Assembly (NCBI RefSeq): GCF_963506605.1
Contig: NC_083280.1
Coordinates: 35,216,001 to 35,280,000, forward strand
Source of the DNA: Zootoca vivipara
Lineage: Eukaryota
Direction of reading: 5' to 3'
Length of the DNA: 64,000 bases
Part shown: positions 1 to 14,598 of the stretch, in pieces
Position numbering within the stretch: the stretch's first letter is position 1
How the letters are laid out: each line of letters starts with the position of its first letter
The notes under the pieces: model-generated
Database searches by the model: none
Told to the model about the DNA's origin: nothing
Seen by the model: the letters and a program-made list of their open reading frames with translations, nothing else
Program-made: the position numbers and the translations under genes

Positions 1-2954
1 TAGCATCATAGTGTGTCTTTTTTTGTCAAAACTGATAATTGTCTCTTACTCTTGTTATGTCTACTATATTGCTGAATTCTGTCAATAGACTGCAATATAA
101 TGAGGACACATTCCACTGGGAAGTTCTGCAAGAGCCCCATTGCTCTTGCACAACTCCTATTCATTCCTTTCAACAAAGCTGCAGCAGTAACATTTCTTGC
201 TCTGTGTTTTTAAGTAGTCATGAAGCTGAAAATACTCAGCTGAAAGCATCCTAGCTTTCGATATTCTGGGGAACCAGATGGCTGCCTTTCTACTCAAGGA
301 ACTGTACAATCATAAAGTATCTACTGGGGTCGAGAAGGCCCATCCTAATTTGGTGGGGCGTATATTGGCTGCACCATCTACACAAGAATGAGGATGTGCT
401 CTTGTCCTGGAAAGCACTCTTGCATAAATCTGAAGTGCACCTAATTACAACCAACAAGAAATGCACTGGATGAGAGGAAGGTAATGGATACCAGAATGTC
501 TCTCAAGGCAGCTGTTAGGGTTTCTTTCAGTTAATGGGATTTTGCTGTTCTTCTCTCTGAGTGCTTAAGGATGCTATTTATTTTTCTAGGTTAGTGGGTA
601 GGAACCGTGCAAACAGCATATAAATAAGAAGGCTTTCGTCATTTGGATATTATTGTTTTTTCATGTCCACATTTGGATTTTTCCTTAAACAGGGACTGTT
701 TCTCAAATTGTGCATGTACAGGGAGAGACCCAACAAGAGTTATAAAAGAATTCAAACTTTCAGTGTAAAAGTTGTTTGAAAATGAAGAAGCTTTTCCAGC
801 TGTTATATTGCATCTAGTTCCCTAATACTTATTTCAAATGACATAAAATGATGCACTTTATAATGCATTCAGGAAAAAAGAATGCATTTTACTATTTACG
901 TATGCAATGAATAATTTAACTTGCACATATAATTCAAATCAAAACAATTGCAGGAGCCATTTGAAGGGGAGATGGGAAATTTAATCTAGAAATAACATGA
1001 AGATCAAAATTCCAATCTTGATTCCCGATGCTAATTTTCAAAGCATATTTAATCCTGTTGTTGAATGCGTTACACAACAATTGCCCCCCATGGCATTGTG
1101 CACTGTATGAATTTTGAGAATGCAAAACAATATTTTAGGTTTTAAATACATGATGGGCACTTTTCCAACAGAGATTTCTGTGTGCATATAATCTACATAA
1201 TTAAGGAGTTGTGGGGTTTTCCCTTACATTAATAAATTCTCAAACAGTTTAATTATTGGATTGGTTCATTTGGGGAAGGCACCATTGCAGAATGATTTTC
1301 ATGTGTAGTCCAGGCTTCCCTTTTCCCTATATAAAATAATAATTTCTTCTATCAGTTGTTCTTCTGATCAACTGTATTGTTATCATCAGTAGTAGTAGTT
1401 ATTGTGGGTCACATATGCTAGAATCTCTAGGTAACTTAAGAGAAACAAGGTCTCCACTGTTGAAACCAAACCCACAGCTCTTCCTTCCCTTCCACTCAAA
1501 TTTAACTGGTGACAAGAGAAACACAAAATGTTCCCGAACGCTACAGAATTCTGCCTCAGCAGGGTCTCAAATGTCATGTCCATGTCTCCTCCAAAATTTG
1601 CCAATATTACTATTTTACCCGCTACTGAGAGCAGTTTCAGATTTCAGTTGAGTGTATTAGGGACATTGAGCAGAAGGAAGGAGATGTTAGAGGTTGTGAA
1701 GAATAAGCTGGAGACCTAACAGAGCTGCCCTTTAAGAATCCCTAAGCCTGTTGAGAGAGTAGCTTCTTCATTTTAGAGAAACTGTCAGTGCACATTATCT
1801 TTTTACCAAATCCACAGGATGAGGTTTCCTTTGTTATATCTGTCTGGCAGGAAAGGAAGAGAATCCCCTCAGTCTAACCACATTTTTATTTTGTTTTCCC
1901 TGAGATGAAACACGATAACTGACATTTCTGTGCATACATGTTGAACGTAGTCAACCCAGCAGCAGGGCCGTCTTAAGCGCCCCTGGCGCCGTGGTGCTCC
2001 GGATCCCTCCAGCGCCCCCGCCCCATTTCCCAGCGCGGTGGGCGGGCGCAGCGCACAGCGCGGCTGCCACAGACACTGCTGCGTGGCGGGTGGGCAGGCA
2101 CAGCGCGGTCCAAGTTTCATTAGACGGAAGATAATGGGGTTGAATTTTTCTCTGAAATTCTCCTCTTCCAGACACCCATGAAGACTCTTGCTATTTTGCA
2201 TGAAGGTTTTGGGAATTTTGCTTGCTAGGTGCTCAGTAGAAACACCTTTACTTTTTATCTTGCACCTTGTTTGATTGCTTTCTGGTCTCTTTCCTTTTTT
2301 TAAACATAATAAAGTATTTCTAGGTTGGATATTAGGAATCAGGTGCCTACTTTAAGAACCAAAAAGTAATCCTCCACTTGCCCAAGTTGCTTTGTTTTAC
2401 CCTGCATCTATTGGCCTAAAGCAGTGGCAGGGGCCTGGAGGCTGAATATGCATTCAGGCACTCCTTATCTGACCCTTGGAACGCTCCCCAAGGCACAGCC
2501 CTCACTAAGACCTCAGTGACCCTGTATTTGCCAGGCTGGGATACGTCCCTTGAGCCTCTTGATTGTCTGGCTGAAGAGGGTTCTGTGAGTGTGTCTAGAA
2601 ACTAACCTGCTGTATACTTTGGCCTCTAGCTCCCATCAGCACGTGGCCCTTAGAAAATTGCCCAGAAAGAAATGTGGCCCATGGATTGAAAAAGGCTCCC
2701 CACCCTTGATCTGGGAGCAGGGAGGTAAGGGAAACATGGGCTGAATCTTGTAGAGCAGTATCTGTGAAGTTTTTGATGACAGTGGACAGGGGTAGTGGAT
2801 GCTTCTGCAAGTTTGGACTTCTGGGTAAGAGTTGATTGGGAAGGAATTTGGTCAGCTTTTTGCAGGAGCTGATCTAATCCTATGCTCCCAAATGTACCTG
2901 TGGGTTGGAACACAACGCCTAGTAAGACTGGAATGCAACCTCACCAGATTTCAG

Positions 2955-2956
<2 letters not shown>

Positions 2957-2996
<40 letters not shown>

Positions 2997-3322
2997 TATT
3001 GTTTATACCCCGCCCATCTGGCTAGGTTTCCCCAGCCACTCTGGGCGGCTTCCAACACAATATTAAAAATACAATAAAACATCAGACATTAAAAACTTCC
3101 CTAGATAAGGCTGCCTTCAGATGTCTTCTAAAAGTCAGATAGTTGTTTATTCCTTGACATCTGATAGGAAGGCGGGTGTCACAACCGAGAAGGCTCTCTG
3201 CATGGTTTCCTGTAGCTTTGCTTCTCACAGTGAGGGGACCGTCAGAAGGCCCTCGGAGCTGGACCTCAGTATCCGGGCAGAACGATGGTGGTAGAGACGC
3301 TCCCTCAGGTATACTGGGCTGA
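2957..3322 (-). mobile_element. L2-clade LINE 3' fragment with (AAT)n tail
   Basis: Reverse-strand homolog of ~12970-13340. Confidence 0.9.
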
Positions 3323-4896
3323 AAACATAAATGTCTTGCATTAAAGATGTGCACACAAATCATATTTTACAGGCAAATATGTTTAAAAAATTGAAAAGTC
3401 TGTTCTGTTTGTAAAGTCAAAAGTGCCTACAAAATGCACAGAATTTAAATGTGGACTTTTCCTGTGTTCTTTCTAAAAAGAATCCACATAATGGAACAGA
3501 AGACAAATGAGTAGCAGCAAGCCTGTACTGGAATTGCATCAGACTGCTCAGTAGATAGGAAAGGAGGGGCAGAGTTTAAAAGAGAAAGCGCATGGCAAGC
3601 ACTTACCTTTGGAGAGTTGTTGCATGCAAACTTCACAGAGCTGGATACGGTTCAATGGAACTTTATTGAGGATGAAGAAGTTTTAAGCATGCTTGACACC
3701 AAGGATGAAAAACTAGGAAAGAGACCAAGGGGTGAAAGAGAAGGAAGAAAGAAGAAGGTGGGCAGAGGAAGAGACAAAAGACTCAAGGATAGGTGAGCTC
3801 TGTGGAGTAGGTTGCATAATCAGAACAAACAAGGCCAGCCAGTGGAGCATCAAAGGCTTTGTAGTGGTAGTGGGTAGAGGGGATGATGAACTCACAATTC
3901 ATAACAAATGTACAAGGAGCCTATCAAAAAGACTCAAAGGCAAATCTATCATGCTTTCAGAAAATATTTAATAATCAAATTGCAACCTTTTTCTGGCATT
4001 GCTGGGCTATACATAATACGATGGAACTTTAGAGGAGACTTAAATTGAGTATTCTGCAACAACCCTACTTCCTTTATTTGTAATTCGATACACAAAGATT
4101 CTACCCAGGGAAACAGTAAGTAAGGATCCAAAAGAAATAAGCCAGGCTTTCATGGATTTTCATCAAAAACCATGTGTCTCATCCTCTCTGTAAGCCAACA
4201 GTGACTGGGGACTTCATGAACGGTATCAAACCACTGCACTTGGATGGTAAAGAAATACATGGATAATCCAGTCACAAAAGTGGAAGCTGAGCTTTCTCTA
4301 AGAGAGAGCTAGTAAGGACAGCTCCCCTGGAAAGGACCAGAGCTGGTGTAAATTCTGTTGCCACTATAAGCAGCTGGACCCTTTGATCCTAGAAGACTTT
4401 ATGAGCCAGATCCCTGCTGTAACAATTAATTCATAAAGCTGACAAGCGTAATAGACCTGCAGGGGTTAGGCTGGTGTCCTTCATTAATGCTCGCAGCAGG
4501 TGTGTGGGCAGAAGTCTGGCAAAGACGCTACAAGAAAAGCTTCAGAAAATGTTTGATTCTGACCAGGTGGGCTTTGTCAGGGGAGAAGTACTGCACCACA
4601 GTGCTAACCAAGAGCGAGAGAGAAAACATTAATATGCTTCTTCCTTGGTGAACACAACCTCCATCTTCTATATCTGAAGAAAAAATTAATTCAGAGGGCG
4701 GTTCTGTAGGGATGTTCCACAGAAACCATTGCCAACTGAGGCCTACCTCACTTCAAGAATTCGGAACCAGGGTGTATAAAACAGTTTAATACTTAAAACA
4801 GCCCTAGGCAGGCCTCTATAGTCATATATGTTTCCCTATAAACCTACTACTAACCCACACACACACACGTTTCCAGCAAAACAGAAAGCTCTAACC

Positions 4897-5011
4897 CAGG
4901 CATAGGCAAACTCGGCTCTCCAGATGTTTTGGGACTACAACTCCCATCATCCCAGGGATGATGGGAATTGTAGTCTCAAAACATCTGGAGGGCCGAGTTT
5001 GCTTATGCCTG
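4897..5011. mobile_element. hAT MITE, CTACAACTCCC hairpin family
   Basis: Near-perfect palindrome; TSD CTCTAACC / CTCCAACC. Confidence 0.88.
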
Positions 5012-5679
5012 CTCCAACCCTTGGTGAGTTACTAGGGAAAGTATCTGATGGCCAGTCCTGTGTGGTGTGTAAGATTTCTTCAGGGCTTTCATACAAAGCT
5101 TCGTGTGTGACATCTGATGAACAACCAGATAGAAAAGGCCATTATATTTTAGGTCCAGCTGTTTTTCAGCCCTCTTCACTCCAATGACTCATCAGGTTTT
5201 CTAATTAAATTATTAGACTGTTAATTCATTATTCTCTGGGTTAAAAATATTTCCAGTATGGGCCCGCACAGACACTTGAATTCTAATTTGTTTGAAGTCT
5301 AATAAAGAAAGGCTAAGCTTTTTAGTCAATTATTCCATTGCCTCATGTGACTGGTTATAAGAATGCAAGACCCACGCTGATAATTCTATTTCCAGTCAAA
5401 CAAGGGCAGTGAGAAGTGAAGAGCACATATGAAATGCTGATTAGAAGGGCAGCCGCATTCATTTCTCTCTTCCATGGCTATGATCATTTACCAAACTCTT
5501 TACGTCGCCTCCGTCGGTCCACATCCGTTTCTATGCTCTTAAACCTCTTCACCTCTCCATCTCCCATACTGTAATTCTCCACTGCTATTCCTTTGTGCCT
5601 CCTTTGATTTCCTCCACTCTGCAGAAGATCATTGTCTGCTGTCTACTCCCCCCCTTCCCCCCCCCGTTCTACTCTGATC

Positions 5680-5838
5680 TTCTGGAGAAGGAACTGGCAA
5701 ACCACTCCAGTATTTTGCCAAGAAAACTCCATGAACATAAAAAAAGGAGAAGCTTTGAGAAGAAAGTGAGAGTTTCCAAGGCATGCTCTGGTTCATGGGG
5801 TCACATAGAGTCAAACACAACTAAGACGATTAAACCAC
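5680..5838 (+). mobile_element. BovA-like RTE/BovB-derived short element
   Basis: GGAGAAGGAACTGGCAAACCACTCCAGTATT..CCATG joined through a spacer to CATGGGGTCACATAGAGTCAAACACAACT (BovB 3' end). Confidence 0.55.
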
Positions 5839-6182
5839 GATGACTCTAATCTTCATGGTCCTCCTTGTACCTAGAAGAGCCTTGTATTCTTTGTTCCCCC
5901 AGCCACGTCATCCTTCTCTTTCATGGCTTTCCTTATATCTTTAATAATGTCTCCCTTGCGCCATCGTAGGCTCACCTTACGCCTTTTCCTACTGCAGAGT
6001 TAGCCGGCATGAAGGTTTCCAAATGTTGCTGAACTACAATTCCCATCATCCCTGGCTGTTGATAGCACCATTGTCAGGAACAGACTGAACCCTGAGGAGT
6101 GGTGGCTGCATACAAATGAGTGGACACCTGGTTAAGCGGGGGTTGGAGACTGACTTGGAAGAAAGGATCAGTGAAATGGGGG

Positions 6183-6432
6183 CAGTGGCGGAGGGGATAT
6201 CCGCCCATGGGGCGATCGGCGCAGCAGTGTGATCCTGGGGGGGGGGTCCGATCGTGGCACGGTGGCGTGATCCTCCCAGGGGGTCCAATCACAGCGCAGC
6301 AGTGTGATCCTCCCGGCCCGGGAGGGGGGGGTTGATCACAGCACAGCAGCACGATCCGCCCAGGGGGGATTTTATCACACACCCCTCTGGGATGGCACCC
6401 GGGGCAGACCGCCCCCACCTTTGTACGACCCT
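6183..6432. mobile_element. GC-rich non-autonomous DNA transposon related to 16101-16397
   Basis: CAGTGGCGGAG start, internal GCAGCAGTGTGATCCT repeats, GCACCCGGGGCAGACCGCCCC near the end. Confidence 0.55.
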
Positions 6433-9400
6433 AACTGAGGGAAACCTATAACCCCTGGGAGATGAGAGGCAGAAGCAGAAAAACTGCAGATTTGGGGAGG
6501 GTATTTCCACACCTGCACCTCCTCCACCTACCTCTCCTGCTCCACTGTCTCCCAGTAGGGGAGATATATAAGCCAAGGTTGAGGGCAGGGCCTCTCTGTT
6601 GCGACAACTGCCTTGTCAGTTGATGGTGTTGATGGGAGTTGTAGTCCAATGACTTAAGAAGGGCACTACACCAGGAGGATTACCCCTCATCAAACCAGGC
6701 CCAGTCCTCATTGCCAGTTGCTGCATACCCTTCCATTCCTGGCCATCTTGGGTCAATGCTTGATAGCTCCTCCCCCCTGTGATGAGCCATGCAGCAGCTG
6801 GACACCATTTGCCAATACAAGGGCTTATACTATGTATGTACAGTTATGTACATACATAAACTCCACCCATGATACATGGATTGTTTCCACCAGAAAATGA
6901 AGTAAATTTGCATGGGATTTGCATAGATTTTGTGTCACATCCAAATTCCTATCGTTGACAGGAAGGATGGAGGGCCAAAAAATAAATGAGGGGCTACCAC
7001 AACAAATAAGTTTCCTCATAATATTTCATAATATTTTTATATTAGAAAAGGCTTAATCAGTTGAATTCCTGCCTGCTTAAAGGGACAACAGACCTGGTCT
7101 CCCCCAGCACCAACCCTAGATCATGAGTTGTAAACCAGTGTTGTAACTGTAGATCTTACATCAATTGATCCTGGGCTGATAATACTATAGTCACTGCAAG
7201 ACGTAATTTCAGATGGCTTGGACAGGTGGGGGGATGGGCAGAGCAGTCAGAATAGATTTAAGATTCACAACAACTAAGGTTCAGTTATCCATGCTTGGAT
7301 GAATTGTTTCTAAAGCAAGCAGTGCGTTCTAAGAACATTTGTTGTGATTATTTATTATTTATACCTCATAATAACTACAGCAACGGCATCAGCACAGGTC
7401 AAACAGCCACCTCTTTCTTTTTCTCTTTCTTTTATCTGAACATAAAGGATCTCAGCCTTTGAAATGAATATACCCATTTAAGTATTTATAGTCACAGCAA
7501 CAACACACACCCCCAACCCAAGAATTGCCTTATTTTTACCCCATGGATAGGAAAGCAATTAATCTCCTGCAACCACCCCCCATGTTATTGCAGCAATCAC
7601 CTCTACAGTCCCAACCAACAATTTCCCCCTTAAAAAAGAAACTACTACAAATTGTTGGATAACAATATTGGAGTGCAGTACAGGGTTTCGTGTCCTGCTC
7701 TGCCTCTCTCTGTCCCTCAGTCCCCACCCCTACAAATGTTAGTATAATAGCACTAGACTACTTAGATGTAGCCTGCAGTTTCTCATCCACAAGGTTGCCC
7801 CCCTGCAATACAATGCTAATGTTACATCAATTCTTAATGTGCATATACTCAGAAGAAAAATAGCATTTTTTTGCATGAAATTATACTGGCACTGAAAAGA
7901 GCCTATCTTTGTAGCTACCTTTTGCTTTTGGGTGGGCAACCTACCACCCAGCCACAGCTACACTAACATCCTCATTTTCTCAATTATCACTCAACAATCA
8001 GTCCTCTGCCTAGGGAAGACAAAAAATAAAATAAGAATCAAAATGAAGCAGGAAGCTCTTTCGAAATGAATCTACAGAGAAAACTCAATAGTGAAACCAG
8101 CTTGAAATGTCTCAGTTGCCTGGAGAAGGTACCTCCTGGGTCATTTTGAAACCATTTGAGGGGTGGTCTTTCCTTGGGTTTTTATGACTCTTAACAGTTG
8201 ACATTCACAGGTGTGACGTCACTCAGTTGGCTAACAACTCTTACAATTGCTTTAAATAGTGCCTGCACATTTTGTGTCCTAACTTTCATTTTAAAGGATC
8301 TAGAGTCTTGACAGAATAGAAAACTCATAGTCTGGACCCTTCTGGTTCTGAACCTAATACAGCAGCACCCTTTTAACCAACTCCTGGCTTTACATAGCCC
8401 TGCAAACCCTCTCATGCCTTCTTAAAAATCCCTGGTAGTAACTAGCAATTGGGGATTAGAGGGTGCTCTCTTTTCTGTTTCACTATTGTTTCATGAGTTG
8501 AATTTGCCACATGTTCGGCTCTGATGGCTTTCCAATTTCGTCTGGAGAATTTCTAAAATAACTTCCGGAAAAGATTCAACCACAGTTTGCTACAATTATC
8601 ACACACACTCACCTCTTTTAATGCCACCAGCAAACCAAGTGCTACTTCTGTTACAGGTACTCCTGAATCCACGGTCTCTAAAATAATTCCATTAGTTTGC
8701 TGGTTACAATTGTAGAAATGAAATGAAATGTCATCTAGGTAAATGATCCCTCACTGCAGATGCTGAAAAACAATCCTAAAGAAAAATGATCTGGGACTCA
8801 GACTAAATTATAACGAGACAAGAGAGATTCATAAAGTGAATTTCTATCATAGGCACCCCCAGACAAGAAAGGCACATGCCTGATAGTCCCCAGGTCTGTG
8901 CCCAGTGGAACCGTGGGAGTGTGCTTCTCCAGCTTATGTACCCTTATCTGATGGGTGTGTGTGTGTGCGCACAACATCAGGCTTCTCCTACATGGAAGCT
9001 ATAGCTGCTGCTTCCCTCTTCAAGCCCCTCCTGGTTGTAGGAGACAAGGGTGGTGAGGAATTGTCTGGCCCATCCCTCACCTGAACGACAACTTCCTCCA
9101 ATGTGTTCTGCATATTCATCTCTGATGGCTCTGATCATTCCACTTCCTCCCGCCCTGGCTTCTCCCTCACGGGCGACACGAAACCCCTTAAATCACTGGC
9201 CTCCTCTTCTGGAACAATCCCCTGGTCTCCTGCCTCTGCCACACACTCATCAGAGCCCTGCCAGTCCCTGGCAATCTTATGGGACTACTCTGAAGTTGTG
9301 TAGGACTATTTAGGGGAATTTTAGTCTCTGGTAAGGGTTTGAAGGCAGCAACTGAAGGTGCAGTTTTCTATATGCGGTTGTCTGTATTTCATGTTGAATG

Positions 9401-12400
9401 GTTTGCATGATAGGTACCTAAAATCCTTTGGTTTATCTGTCTGTATTTGTATTGTGATATGCCCACCAGCATTCATATAGGCAGCATGCTTTCAAAGATT
9501 TCCATTAAAATCTATCCAGAGCAAAAGGCTAATATATTCTAGGAAATATCGGGTGCTTTATTTTCAAATTTTGTCTCTGTTTATTGGGCACTACTTGAAC
9601 AACTCAAAAGTTTGAGATTTCTGGTTCTTCCCAGGAGCTGATTCATTCTGCCAGAGAGGAGATTTCCTAGGAATAAAAGAACTGCCCAGTCACTGAATTT
9701 CAAGATAGATATAGCTCTTCCATTCAGCCATTTCAGATAGTTATGCTTCCTAGTTATCCATCCATCTTCATTCCTATTAAATACCTACTAGTCTCCAGTT
9801 AGCCAATGTCGGCAATGGTGTTTTGCAAGTACAACATAACAAAAGATGGTGTGTGGAAAAATTAGATTTGTCTATAAAATGTTAATTAAGCAATGGAATG
9901 CATGGCAAATACTGTGGTTTCAGCTGTTCCAAATCCTTATCTGAAAATTCTGGTAGCATGACAAAATTCATTACACTTCATGAATCTGCCAGATATTAAA
10001 TTGGTACAGGCTCATATGCTTACCATCAGGTCTTATTATTTGATTTGCTGCATTATCATGCTGGTTTTTTTTTATTTTTGTGTGTGATACTTTCAGTATC
10101 CTTGCAACATTTTTGAACCAACCATCTTTATTTTTGCAATATTTAGTGACAAGTAAAAAATGCAAAACCTGGCTAACCCATAGTCTTCCAGATGTTGTTG
10201 GACTGCAACTCCAGTCGTTCCCAACCAGCATGGCCAGGAATGGTCAGGGATAATTTGGTGTGCATTACAACATCTTGAGAGTCATAGGCTAGCCACCCCA
10301 GAACTCGATACATTTTCCCCCCTTAGCATGTATGCTAGGAAAGCAGTCTTGCTTTACTGTATGATTTTGTTTGGGTTAATTGGCATAAAGAAGGCAAATG
10401 CTGCAAATTGTGAATTGCCCCTAATCAGTGATATTGTGATTGTTAACTGATATTCATGAGTCACATTTGAGCATGAAGAATAAATATTAGCAGGTAGGTA
10501 TCTCTAACACACTGGGAAGCAAAAAATACATCAATATGTGTCTCATAAATGCCAGCGTGTAATGATAGGAACTGTTACAATTTACTGAATCATTAAGGCT
10601 TCTATTTAGTAAATTGGTTACTATCAGAGATAATGCTTAATGCAAAAGAGTACGTCAGTGAGCATTCTCAAGTTGCTCTTTTAGGGCAACAGGAAACAAT
10701 CCAAGTGACTATTAATACCTTAGAATGTCCTTTTTATTGTGGCTTTATATTGGTTTTCTGTAAATATAAAATTGTGTCGGCTCTTCCAAAGAATGAAATA
10801 TCATGCTGGATTATTCATCATATTTTTTTTTAACTAACATCAGATAGTGGTGGCAGAGGTGGCATGTGTTTGTGTACATAAGGAGATTTAAAGTTGAATT
10901 CTGGTTGTGAATGGAACACAAATGAAAAGGGATAAGAACCCAGGGGAAGAACTTCCTCCTATTGCTTATGTTCGAAGAATGTATGTAGATCATAACAACC
11001 GACACATTTCTGTTTGGCAACTTCCAGAAACAACCTCACTTTCAGCGCCTCTAAAGTTCATAGAGTTGTAACAAGTAGTACCTTTTCTGGTAGTTTTTTT
11101 CTCTATTGTTAATATTTGTTTTGCTCTCTGAACTAATCCTGTTCCGAATCCCACCTGTATATTTTATTGAAATTTTTGCCTCTTGAAAGAAGCAGTCTTT
11201 TTCCTGTCTCTTTCTTGGAAAACGGATAATCTTGCTGAAATTCAAGGCTGGTCACTTACATTAATGTGACAAGATCACTAAAAGATGTTGGGGGGTTGCT
11301 TTTAACTCCTCTTTTTTTAAAAAAAAATCATAATATTTTCTAGTGCTCTACAACTCCCCCAACCATTTCATTTCTTGGAATACACTACATCATGATTTTA
11401 CATCATTACTTTGTATATTAGATTACATCATTATTACCTCCCAGGGGTATTCCAGAAAACAACCCTCCCAGGGAAAGCTGCAGAGGACCAGAGAGCAGTG
11501 TGAATATTATTATTTTTGAACTTCAAGGCAAGAACACACACAGCCCTTGGCCATCTTGTAACACAAATGATTAAAGTTAGTGCTTGACCTGCTCCCCACC
11601 TTTAAATTTCACCAGAAAATCTTTTTAGGGCGATTGCTTTTACACCTCTTCCCTGGAAATAGCAAAACTAAAACTAAAACCCACAAACAAACCCTGCAGT
11701 TGAAATCATTGGAACAGCCATACCCAAAACATATGTCATGTTCTGAAATATATCTATTACAGTCATCCATAATAAAGTTTGCCATGAATTAAGGAAACCA
11801 CTGTGTTGCTTTGCCAAATGGATTTATTAAATGGCAGCAGGATTTCAAGTTGTTTAGCAACTTAAGTCATCTTCACTGTTGTTCACCTTCCCAGTGGAGA
11901 TCAAAGGACGTGTGAACATTATTGCACTCTTTCTGACCCCACCAAAACCACAAACATCTTTATCCCCCTTGCTGGCAGTGTTCCCCTGTTCCTGAAGTAT
12001 AGAGACATTAGTCCAAAACCTTGTTCTACTCCACTGTAATTTCAGTGTCTTCTATACAATTATTTCCCATGCCCTTTTGCTGCTTCCACCTGGAAAGTCC
12101 CCAGCAATTCTATTATCTTACAGTCAAATCCAGGAAATAATTGCTGACATTAAAAATGCTGCTGTTCCTCCTTAACATAAGTCGCTTCTTCATCATTTCA
12201 AATATTGCAGTATGGGATGCATATTTTGTATCTGGCATTGCTTCCTTTCTAACAAAATACATTTGGTATCAAAGGCAAAGTGAAGTGGAATCAAAGTAGC
12301 ATGAAACAGCAACAAACACACCTAGTAGAGCTCTGACTTGTACCACTGGAGGAAAAGCCTGATCTTCTGCTTGGCAAGTGAGAGATTTCATTTGATATTT

Positions 12401-12727
12401 GATATTTCTATGATGGCTTTCTAAGAGAAAATCAAACTCAAGGCATCTTACCAAAAATAAATAAATAAATTAAACAACATTTAAACCAGTGCAGTAAAAA
12501 TGATAGCAGTAAAAACAGTATGATTTTAAAAAGTTAGCAACGGAGACCCAAATATCAACAACAGCTCTTACTAAAAAAAAAGAAGAAGAAGTGTGCCAGA
12601 AATTGCAGCTAATAAAAGATTACTGATCAGTACCCCACTTACATCATTCAGTTAAATTTCCTAAGATAATAATATAATCTCCGTGTCAAATGTCAATTCA
12701 TACTGTGAAATATATATATATTTATAT

Positions 12728-12809
12728 TTGTTGTTGTTTAGTCGTTTAGTCGTGTCCGACTCTTCATGACCCCATGAACCAGAGCACGCCAGGCACTCCT
12801 GTCTTCCAC
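12728..12809 (-). mobile_element. BovB 3' tail fragment
   Basis: Reverse complement of the BovB 3' end (compare 59450-59525). TSD ATATATTTATAT at 12716-12727 and 12810-12821. Confidence 0.85.
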
Positions 12810-12841
12810 ATATATTTATATAGTGGATTATATTAATGTGA

Positions 12842-13297
12842 CTGGTGACTGGGAGTGCCCGCCGAGACCTTGTAACACCGGTCCTGAAAGATCTTCATTG
12901 GCTCCCAGTACGTTTCCAAGCACTATTCAAAGTGTTGGTGCTGACCTTTAAAGCCCTAAATGGCCTCGGTCCAGTATACCTGAAGGAGCGTCTCCACCCC
13001 CATCGTCTAGCCCGGACACTGAGGTCCAGTGCTGAGGCCCTTCTGGCGGTTCCCTCATTGCGAGAAGCCAAGTTACAGGGAACCAGGCAGAGGGCCTTCT
13101 CGGTGGTGGCGCCCTCCCTGTGGAACACCCTCTCAGAATATGTCAAGGCAATAAGCAACTATTTTACTTTTAAAAGACAACTGAAGGCAACCCTGTTTAG
13201 GGAAGTTTTTAATGTTTGATGCTGTATTGTTTTTAATATTCAGTTGGAAGCTGCCCAGAGTGGCAAGGGAAACCCAGCCAGATGGGCGGAGTATAAA

Positions 13298-13341
<44 letters not shown>
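12842..13341 (+). mobile_element. L2-clade LINE 3' fragment with (TAT)n tail
   Basis: ORF 12845-13219 VTPVLKDLHWLPVRF..FKALNGLGPVYL..RAFSVVAPSLWN..FKRQLK is an L2 ORF2 C-terminus; 3'UTR and (TAT)n at 13297-13341. Confidence 0.9.
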
Positions 13342-13345
<4 letters not shown>

Positions 13346-14544
13346 ATATATGTATATAGCGGTCAATGCTTCCATATATAATTTTGAACTAAGACATGAC
13401 TGGAACCTTCCCATATCAATATATACCTCTATGGGAAAATAGGCTAAATACTTTAATAGTTCCACCACTACCTTATCTTGTTTTGTTGTGCAATGTGCCC
13501 TTACGTTTGATATTTTTTGTTTATTCACAGTGGTTTAATAACATGTTTCTCAAAATACCTTCTTTTATTCAGTCTCAGAGCTAAATGATTGGCTTCACAT
13601 GATTAAGTTTACAACTGTATCATGTTTTATTTGGTAATTTTTGATACATTTCCCTTTTTCCTTTTGTCTTATTTGATAATTATTTACATTGATTGTGTTA
13701 TGTCTTGATGCAAACGGTTTCCTTTGCCCTTGATGATCTGTTGTCACCAGTGCTATTTATTACTGTACAGTATTGGGGAAAACTTCCAGCGTGCTAAAAA
13801 TCTGCCCTGTGTCTGACTTACGCCTCCAACCATTTGGACTACTTAAGTTATTAAAGGAGTTAGATATCAATTATAAAGCACAGTTCTCTCTGCTGTTAAA
13901 GGTGAGGTGGCTGACTGGCATTTCACCATTACAATAAGAAATTGGCTTTGTGTTTGTAATGTAGCTTTAGTTGCATTGATGCCATGTATATACAGGGAAC
14001 TCCATCACTCTCCCACGCACAAGGTAGTGGTGAAGCTGGAACTAACCATAGGATAGGATACTATACCATATCAACATGGTATGCCTTAATAATATGTTTG
14101 TTAAGGGTGTAATTCCCTTGCGTTTTGAAACCTGAGTGAACATGGAAAGCCTTTACTATATCATAAGCATGATGGCGATGGCGGTGTTAATTTAATATTT
14201 ATTCAATGTGATGCCTCTCTAGGAAGCTTTCTTACTGTCCTTTGACAGTGCCAGCATCTTTGGCACCACAATGTCTTCTGATCTCTGCACCGTTATGGAA
14301 AACACAGTAGTGGCGAGAGGGAGGGAATATGGGAGCGCTATACAGAAATGCTCATGCAACATGTCTGCCTTGTAGTTCTGTTTATAAAATGAGTATTGCA
14401 TTAGTGGCGCTTTGATTGCAAAAATAACATTGTGTTTATTTTAAGTCTGATTTTGAAAGCTATTATTACTGTGCGAAAAGGGCTTTGTCTTCCTCCTCTC
14501 CTTCCTACATACTTGGAATCAGTGCCCTATTCTTTCAAGAACTG

Positions 14545-14545
<1 letters not shown>

Positions 14546-14582
<37 letters not shown>

Positions 14583-14598
14583 GTGTGTGTGTGTGTGT
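14546..14598. repeat. (TG)n microsatellite
   Basis: Direct reading. Confidence 0.95.

Noticed and set aside
1962-2110. CpG island / promoter (also GC-rich patches near 6200, 16100, 21800 and 34200)
   Set aside because: Short, sharply bounded and starting with TIR-like ends, so transposon-derived.
3640-3860. Coding exon rich in K/R/E
   Set aside because: Resembles a decayed RTE LINE C-terminus (GKRPRG..RRW) with frameshifts and has no splice signals; ~11050-11250(-) may be similar.
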